From contig NZ_CP142525.1 of the NCBI RefSeq assembly GCF_051097895.1, forward strand, positions 120,001 to 152,000: a stretch of DNA of 32,000 nt, written 5' to 3'. The notes under the pieces are model-generated. The model saw only the letters and a list, made by a program, of their open reading frames with translations. It was not told the DNA's origin and ran no database searches. The translations under genes were made by a program, and so were the position numbers. Positions 26,309 to 32,000 of this stretch are shown piece after piece. The DNA comes from Psychrobacter sp. HD31. Its GTDB lineage: Bacteria > Pseudomonadota > Gammaproteobacteria > Pseudomonadales > Moraxellaceae. The first letter of the stretch is position 1. Every line of letters begins with the position of its first letter.

Positions 26309-26767
26309 TTATTCATATAAGTTGTCAATAAAATAACTTAATGCCATTTCATAGCCTTTTGCACCTAAACCACAAATGACACCCACTGCTTTATCGCTTA
26401 AAAAAGAGTGCTTTCTAAATTCTTCACGGGCATGTACGTTTGATAAATGAACTTCAATAAAAGGTTTATCGGTTGCTAAAATGGCATCTCTAATAGCAAC
26501 TGAAGTGTGTGTAAAAGCAGCAGGATTTATAATAATGGCATCTACTTGTTCCTCGCAACTACAAAGTAACCCTTGTTGCTGGATAGCATTAACCAGCTCA
26601 CCCTCATGGTTAGATTGAATAAAAGATAACTCAATACCTTGTTGCTTAGCTTGTTCGCTGAGTGTGTTTTGTATATCGGTTAAAGTGGTCGTGCCATAAA
26701 TAGTTGGTTCACGCTTACCAAGCAAATTTAGGTTTGGTCCATTAATGATTAAAATGCGTTTATTCAT
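26309..26767 (-). CDS. aroQ: type II 3-dehydroquinate dehydratase
   Basis: [52 protein letters not shown] and [15 protein letters not shown] are canonical AroQ motifs. The start is set at the internal ATG 26767; the upstream 18 codons in the track look spurious. Confidence 0.93.
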   Translation of the reverse strand: MNKRILIINGPNLNLLGKREPTIYGTTTLTDIQNTLSEQAKQQGIELSFIQSNHEGELVNAIQQQGLLCSCEEQVDAIIINPAAFTHTSVAIRDAILATDKPFIEVHLSNVHAREEFRKHSFLSDKAVGVICGLGAKGYEMALSYFIDNLYE

Positions 26768-26870
26768 AACTGTGTATTTAAAAAATTGTCTAATAAATGA
26801 AAATACCTTATAAAATAGCACGAATGGGGCATTATTTTTAGTAATATTATTAAATTTATGTTAAAAAACT

Positions 26871-26898
26871 TTGTGTTAAGTGGTATACATGCTATGAT
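26871..26898 (+). promoter_or_regulatory. candidate cspA promoter implying a 5' UTR of about 180 nt
   Basis: TTGTGT (26871-26876), 16-nt spacer, TATGAT (26893-26898). The start codon is at 27083. Confidence 0.4.
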
Positions 26899-27082
26899 GA
26901 CATCAGATAAGAATTATTGCTGTTTTCTTGCTGTTTGTTAATAGTTGATAATTGTTGTGGTTCCTATCTAAAAAAATAAAGTTTTAATAAAAAGTGATAA
27001 GTTATCTACTCATAATCATAAGATGCGTGAGGTGTTTGCTGGTTGTAAGTAAGATTATTCACTGCATTTAGGAAGTAATTGT

Positions 27083-27295
27083 ATGGCAGAGCGTGAACAA
27101 GGTGTTGTTAAGTGGTTTAACGACTCAAAAGGTTTTGGTTTTATTCAACGTGAAAGTGGCGAAGACATCTTCGTACATTTCCGTGCTATCCAAGGTGACG
27201 GCTACCGTTCACTAAAAGATGGTGAAAAAGTTGAGTTTGAAGTGACTGAAGGACAAAAAGGCTTGCAAGCTGAAAACGTTATTAAGCAAGCTTAA
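27083..27295 (+). CDS. cspA: cold-shock protein, CspA family
   Basis: 70 aa. [15 protein letters not shown] (RNP1) and DIFVHF (RNP2) motifs are present. AGGAAG SD. Confidence 0.95.
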   Translation: MAEREQGVVKWFNDSKGFGFIQRESGEDIFVHFRAIQGDGYRSLKDGEKVEFEVTEGQKGLQAENVIKQA

Positions 27296-27301
27296 CTGAT
27301 G

Positions 27302-27334
27302 AATAGCGGTTACGTAAGTTGCCGTTATTTTTTT
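27302..27334 (+). terminator. terminator of cspA
   Basis: AATAGCGG / CCGTTATT stem with one G-U pair, followed by a T-run. Confidence 0.6.
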
Positions 27335-27566
27335 GTCCGTTATCATAAAAACCTGTTTAAGTGTTTAGTTTTTTGCTAAGCGCTTATCTGGTTTTTAAAA
27401 AGGCTAAGTTTGGGCGTGGTTGCATCGCTTTAATTGTATGTAATAAATTTAGATTATGGTGTTTGCCATAACCTAATTAAGGTACAATACAATAAAAGAG
27501 CGGTGGGATTTTGCTTAAGCTTGCCTTTTTTTGTTTTTTAACTATCATTATGCATAAGGATTTATC

Positions 27567-28733
27567 TTGAGTTCATTCACCACTTTTGAGCAACTTCCCT
27601 TAACGCCATCATGTCAAAAGGCGATTCATAAGCTTGGTTTTTCTACCCTTACGCCAATTCAAGCCCAAATCTTACCTCATACACTTGCTGGGCAAGATGC
27701 GATTGGTCAGGCTCAAACTGGTACAGGCAAAACGGCTACCTTTTTAATCACTTTAATAGAAGCATTGCTAAAAAGACCTTTTGAAAAAGCAGACAAACGT
27801 TTTTTAGGAGAGCCTCGTGCGGTTATCCTTGCACCCACGCGTGAGCTTGCACAGCAAATATACGAAGACTGTGTAGAGTTAACACGCTTTACTAAATTGC
27901 ACAGTGTGTGTGTCATGGGTGGTACCGATTATGCCAAGCAACAATCAGAATTTGATAAGGGTTACTTAGATATTTTGATAGCAACACCTGGCAGGTTAAT
28001 TGACTGGGTGCATAAACATGAGATTTTTTTAGATCGTGTGGAAGTTTTGGTATTGGATGAAGCGGATAGAATGCTTGATATGGGCTTTATCCCTGATATT
28101 AAACGATTGGTTAGACGCATGCCAGCAAATACAGACCGTCAAAGCTTACTGTTTTCGGCAACGTTTAACCAAGATGTGATGAACCTAGCATATCGTTGGT
28201 TGTATCAACCAGTTTTTGTAGAAATTGAACCAGAAAATAAAACCAGTGATTTGGTCGACCAACAGTTTTACTTATTAATGGAAGATCAAAAGTTGTTAGC
28301 ATTACGCCAAATTATCGAACAAGATGATGTAAAAAAACTCATTATTTTTGCTAATCGTAAAGATCAGGTTAAACGTTTGTACTACAAGCTTAAATCAGAT
28401 TATAAAACAGTGATGTTGTCAGGCGATGTTGATCAGTCTCGCCGTGAAAAGTACTTGCAACGCTTTAAAGATGATAATGCCAATGGTGGTGCTAAGATTA
28501 TGGTAGCCACCGATGTCGCAGGACGAGGTATTCATGTAGATGACATTAGCCATGTTGTCAATTATACCTTGCCAGACCAACCAGATGATTATGTACATCG
28601 CATTGGTCGTACTGGGCGAGCAGGGCATACAGGCGTTAGTATTAGCTTTGTTAGTGAGGATGATGCTTTTAATTTGCCAGCGTTAGAAAACCACTTAGAA
28701 ACCAAGTTTGATTTACAGCAGTGGCAAGGCTAA
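27567..28733 (+). CDS. rhlB: DEAD-box ATP-dependent RNA helicase (RhlB-like)
   Basis: Q-motif TPIQ, motif I AQTGTGKT, PTRELA, DEAD (VLDEADRM), SAT, and HRIGRTGRAG are all present. TTG start lies 6 nt after AAGGA. 388 aa. Confidence 0.85.
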   Translation: MSSFTTFEQLPLTPSCQKAIHKLGFSTLTPIQAQILPHTLAGQDAIGQAQTGTGKTATFLITLIEALLKRPFEKADKRFLGEPRAVILAPTRELAQQIYEDCVELTRFTKLHSVCVMGGTDYAKQQSEFDKGYLDILIATPGRLIDWVHKHEIFLDRVEVLVLDEADRMLDMGFIPDIKRLVRRMPANTDRQSLLFSATFNQDVMNLAYRWLYQPVFVEIEPENKTSDLVDQQFYLLMEDQKLLALRQIIEQDDVKKLIIFANRKDQVKRLYYKLKSDYKTVMLSGDVDQSRREKYLQRFKDDNANGGAKIMVATDVAGRGIHVDDISHVVNYTLPDQPDDYVHRIGRTGRAGHTGVSISFVSEDDAFNLPALENHLETKFDLQQWQG

Positions 28734-28795
28734 TCATGCGTTTTTCTACCAAAACTTAGTGGGTTTTGTGTTAACCCCATAACTAACTTATTAAA

Positions 28796-28828
28796 ATCCT
28801 TTAGTGACTATAAACTAAAGGATTTTTT
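28796..28828 (+). terminator. strong terminator of rhlB
   Basis: 10-bp perfect stem ATCCTTTAGT / ACTAAAGGAT, 8-nt loop, TTTTT. Confidence 0.85.
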
Positions 28829-28845
28829 GTTTTTTGTGGTTAACT

Positions 28846-28863
28846 GTTTCATATTATTGTCAT
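28846..28863 (+). promoter_or_regulatory. weak candidate Pho box upstream of the phytase-like gene
   Basis: GTTTCAT-atta-TTGTCAT forms two 7-mers at 11-bp periodicity. They match the PhoB half-site CTGTCAT at 5/7 and 6/7 positions. The site is about 110 nt upstream of the start codon. Confidence 0.25.
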
Positions 28864-28975
28864 TTTTTTTTATTAGTATTATTTTGCTTCGATACGCTTA
28901 ATATATCTATATTAAAGCAAAATTTATATTTAGGTTATATAAGCAAATTAATAAACTAACTAACAAACATTAATA

Positions 28976-31363
28976 ATGGAACATACTATGGCAATTTCAA
29001 TCATAAAACCGCTTGCTTTTGCAGTAAGCGCTTTAAGTTTAGCAGCATGTGCTGGTACAGCAACAACGACACAGCAAACAGGTACCATGACACAAGCCAC
29101 CAGCAAAACTATGCCAAAAGGTACTTATTTTAATCGTGTGGCAAGTTTTGGTATTTGTGAACAGATCAGTGCAAACTGTGATACAAACACAGAAACGGTT
29201 GCTGAAATTGCCTCAGTGTCTGAAGATGGTATGACCCTTGTATACACAGATGGTGAGCAAAAGAAAATAGGATTTGTGGATATAACGAACCCTGCCAAAC
29301 CAATGCCAAAAGGGGGTGTAGATGTTGGTGGTGAGCCAACATCTGTATATGTAAAAGGCAATTATGCTTTGGTTGGGGTTAATACTTCAGAAAGTTATAG
29401 CAAGCCATCTGGGGTTTTAAAAGTGGTTGATATGACAAGCAAAAAAACCGTTGCTAGCATTGATATGGGCGGGCAGCCAGATTCTGTTGCCGTGAGCAAG
29501 GATGGCAAATATGCTGCCATTGCGATTGAGAATGAACGTGATGAAGATGCCAAGGTAAATGGCGAAGAAGGTGCGCTGCCACAGTTGCCAGCGGGTAAGT
29601 TAGTTATTGTAAATTTAATGGATAAAAAGCCAACTAAATGGCAAGCAAAAACAGTTGAATTAACCGGCTTAAAAGGCATGTTAGCCAACTCTGATCCAGA
29701 GCCAGAATACGTTGACTTTAATGGTAAAAATGAGATTTTGGTCACAATGCAAGAAAACAACCACATTGCGATTGTTGATGCGGCAACTGGCAAAGTGACA
29801 TCTCATTTTTCAGCGGGTTCTGTGAACTTAACCAATGTGGATATAGATGAAGAAAAACCACGGTTAATCACCCTTGATAAAAAGTTATCAAATGTTGCCC
29901 GTGAACCAGATGGCGCTAGTTGGATTGATGATACCTATTTTGCCACAGCAAATGAAGGTGACTGGAAAGGCGGTAGCCGTGGCTTTAGTATTTTTAATAA
30001 AAATGGCAATGTTGTGTTTGATTCTGGTAATTTTTTAGAACATTTGGCTGTTAGCTTAGGTCAATATCCAGAAAAACGATCTGCCAATAAAGGTAATGAG
30101 CCAGAAAATGCCGAATTTGGTAAATATGGGAGTGATAACCTGTTATTTATCGCATCAGAGCGGGCGAATATGGTAACCGTTTATGATGTTAGCAACCCTG
30201 CCAAACCAAAGTTTAGACAGGCGTTACCAGCGGGCGTTGGTCCTGAAGGTATTTTAGCAATACCAAACCGTAACTTGCTTATTGCCGCAAGTGAAGTGGA
30301 TAACCGTGGTGACAAAATGCGTTCTGTATTAAATATTTATCAGTATCAAAACGTCGCTAAACCGACTTATCCTTCACTCCGTTCTGCTACCGCAAATGGT
30401 GTGCCAATTGCGTGGAATGCAATGTCTGGTCTTGCAGTTAATGGTACGACTTTATATGCGGTTAATGACAGCTTTAACGGTAAAAACAGTATCTTTAGCA
30501 TCAATACTAATGGCTACCCAGCCATGATTAACAAAGAGATGAAAATTAAAGATAGCAACGGTGTGTTGGCGGCATTACCAGTTAAACAAGTAGCAAAAGC
30601 TGGTGCTAAAAGTGCTGAACGCAATACGGTATTTGATAATCAAGATTTAGCGAAGCTCATCAATGCGGATAAGACGGTAAATATTGATCCAGAGGGTATA
30701 GCGGTGGCAAGTGATGGTGGTTTTTGGATTGCGTCAGAAGGCTCTGGCACATTGACAGAAGCTAAAAAACGTCCACTTAATAGTGTCAACATGGTATTAA
30801 AAACAGATGAGATGGGTAACATTACTCAGGTATTTACATTACCAGAGGCGGTCAATGAAAAACAGATTCGTTTTGGTTTTGAAGGTGTTGCCGAGCAAGA
30901 TGGCAAGGTTTATATTGCCTTCCAACGTGCTTGGGCCGGTGAAAAACATCCTCGTATTGCTATTTTAGACCCAAAAAATGGAGAATGGATGTTTGTCCAT
31001 TATCCATTAGATACAGCTGAATCACAACGAGGTGGTTGGGTTGGTTTGTCTGATATTGCCCCACTTGGTAATGGCAAATTTGCCGTGTTAGAGCGTGATA
31101 ACCAAGGTAACTATGATGCGGCAGTTAAGCGTATTTACCAAATTGATTTAAGTAATGTACAAAAAGAGAGCCTTGTTAAAAAAACCCTGGTACGTGATTT
31201 AATTAAAAAAGGTGATTTAACAACGGGTGGTAATCTGGCATTTGAAAAAGTTGAAGGACTGGCGGTTGATAGCGCAGGTAATGCTTGGATTATCAATGAT
31301 AACGATGGTGTTGATGACAACAGTGGTGAAACCATGCTTAAAAATTTAGGTCAGCTATTTTAA
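28976..31363 (+). CDS. large lipoprotein: N-terminal beta-propeller (choice-of-anchor-I / LVIVD-like) region plus C-terminal phytase-like esterase domain
   Basis: 795 aa. The lipobox is LAAC (alternative start ATG 28988). Repeated blades occur: GGQPDSVAVSKDGKYAAIA, PEPEYVDFNGKNEILVTMQENN, REPDGASWIDD, NEPENAEFG and GPEGILAIP. The C-terminal DPEGIAVASDGGFWIASEG, FEGVAE, LERDNQG and VEGLAVD motifs resemble the phytase-like (PF13449-type) family. Recognised by eye only. Confidence 0.7.
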   Translation: MEHTMAISIIKPLAFAVSALSLAACAGTATTTQQTGTMTQATSKTMPKGTYFNRVASFGICEQISANCDTNTETVAEIASVSEDGMTLVYTDGEQKKIGFVDITNPAKPMPKGGVDVGGEPTSVYVKGNYALVGVNTSESYSKPSGVLKVVDMTSKKTVASIDMGGQPDSVAVSKDGKYAAIAIENERDEDAKVNGEEGALPQLPAGKLVIVNLMDKKPTKWQAKTVELTGLKGMLANSDPEPEYVDFNGKNEILVTMQENNHIAIVDAATGKVTSHFSAGSVNLTNVDIDEEKPRLITLDKKLSNVAREPDGASWIDDTYFATANEGDWKGGSRGFSIFNKNGNVVFDSGNFLEHLAVSLGQYPEKRSANKGNEPENAEFGKYGSDNLLFIASERANMVTVYDVSNPAKPKFRQALPAGVGPEGILAIPNRNLLIAASEVDNRGDKMRSVLNIYQYQNVAKPTYPSLRSATANGVPIAWNAMSGLAVNGTTLYAVNDSFNGKNSIFSINTNGYPAMINKEMKIKDSNGVLAALPVKQVAKAGAKSAERNTVFDNQDLAKLINADKTVNIDPEGIAVASDGGFWIASEGSGTLTEAKKRPLNSVNMVLKTDEMGNITQVFTLPEAVNEKQIRFGFEGVAEQDGKVYIAFQRAWAGEKHPRIAILDPKNGEWMFVHYPLDTAESQRGGWVGLSDIAPLGNGKFAVLERDNQGNYDAAVKRIYQIDLSNVQKESLVKKTLVRDLIKKGDLTTGGNLAFEKVEGLAVDSAGNAWIINDNDGVDDNSGETMLKNLGQLF

Positions 31364-31398
31364 GCTCAAAACAGGAATATCATAAGGTTTAACTACAA

Positions 31399-31427
31399 AA
31401 CGCCAGCGTAATGTTGGCGTTTTTTTT
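31399..31427 (+). terminator. terminator of the phytase-like gene
   Basis: AACGCCA / TGGCGTT stem followed by seven T. Confidence 0.75.
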
Positions 31428-31529
31428 ATTAACTATATTATAATCATCTAACATATTAAAAAATAACAGTGCTTTGGATACCTCTGTCATCAAATAAAAG
31501 TATTCAAATAAAAATTGGAAACTAACTCA

Positions 31530-32000
31530 ATGAACAGTGTCTTTGATACAGAGCAGTATAACTACCCACCTTTTGATACGGTGACGAAGCAAAAAATAGA
31601 TGAACTAAAGCTTGCTATCAATCGTTTAGAAAGTAATTTAATCAATCCAGAAGATAACAGCAATAGTTACGATAACATGTGTGTTAGCAGTCAGCTTGCT
31701 GTTAACTATGCAGATGAGTTAAATGCCAGCCAACTGCTTGCGGCAACTACCACCCAAGGGCAAATGTTAGTGATTGCTGGGGCAGGTTCTGGTAAAACTA
31801 AAACATTAACTTATCGTACCAGTTATTTAATTGAACAAGGGGTTTTGCCAAGTCAGATTCTTTTATTAACTTTTACTCGCAAGGCCGCAAATGAAATCAA
31901 AGCGCGTGCAAAACACCTGTTGGGAGATAAACTGCAAAATCTTGCTGGTTATGATATTGCCAGTGGTACGTTTCACTCCTTTTGTAATATGTTACTTCGC
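31530..32000 (+). CDS. UvrD/Rep/PcrA-family (SF1A) DNA helicase, 5' part only (runs off the window)
   Basis: The frame is open from ATG 31530 to the window end (157 codons); this ORF is absent from the supplied track. LNASQ..A, Walker A AGAGSGKT, motif Ia LTFTRKAANE and GTFHSF are present. About 65 aa precede the first helicase motif. Confidence 0.8.
   Translation, partial: MNSVFDTEQYNYPPFDTVTKQKIDELKLAINRLESNLINPEDNSNSYDNMCVSSQLAVNYADELNASQLLAATTTQGQMLVIAGAGSGKTKTLTYRTSYLIEQGVLPSQILLLTFTRKAANEIKARAKHLLGDKLQNLAGYDIASGTFHSFCNMLLR

Noticed and set aside
26768-26821. 18-codon N-terminal extension of aroQ in the ORF track
   Set aside because: AroQ proteins begin right at [14 protein letters not shown]. 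The extension is hydrophobic and aromatic-rich and not part of the family.
27713-28628. ORFs 27713-27916(-) and 28419-28628(-), antisense to rhlB
   Set aside because: These are shadow ORFs inside a gene that carries all the DEAD-box motifs.
29125-31335. Five antisense ORFs within the phytase-like lipoprotein gene
   Set aside because: All are embedded in one long, repeat-motif-rich frame on the plus strand. Their Ser/Pro/Thr-rich composition is typical of antisense frames.
31466-31490. ACAG-N14-CTGT upstream of the UvrD-like gene as a possible SOS/LexA box; it also contains one exact CTGTCAT
   Set aside because: The orientation and spacing are wrong for the CTGT-N8-ACAG LexA operator. A single Pho half-site is not meaningful.

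Overview
This window reads as a low-GC gammaproteobacterial chromosome segment. Hand-counted 60-nt lines give about 38-48% GC in core genes. CspA, the 1612-aa GdhB, the RutG-like permease and a GTAGGCTGGGCT..AGCCCAGC REP-like hairpin suggest Moraxellaceae, but that is a guess. Most of the window is ordinary housekeeping DNA: yihY, wrbA, tRNA-Ile2/Met(CAU), ipdC-type TPP decarboxylase, tRNA-Gly(GCC), cca, a pteridine-reductase-like SDR, an NCS2 pyrimidine permease, an EamA transporter, a WG-repeat secreted protein, gdhB, yebC, a Kv-type K+ channel, aroQ, cspA, rhlB, a large phytase-like lipoprotein and the 5' end of a UvrD-family helicase. The one clear accessory module is a Fur-box-controlled siderophore uptake locus at 5.9-12.0 kb: lipoprotein SBP, two FecCD permeases, an ATPase and a TonB-dependent receptor, with no biosynthesis genes. 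I found no CRISPR array, IS element, integrase, prophage or recognisable defence system. The best candidates for something undescribed are modest. (1) An orphan 319-aa gene between gdhB and yebC has a repeat-rich leader and a strongly Shine-Dalgarno-preceded 23-codon upstream ORF. (2) A very AT-rich orphan 7-TM gene lies next to tRNA-Gly, bracketed by REP-like inverted repeats. (3) A voltage-gated K+ channel is fused to a C-terminal zinc ribbon. (4) A UvrD-like helicase with an N-terminal extension is cut off by the window end. All family calls are by-eye motif recognition; no searches were run.
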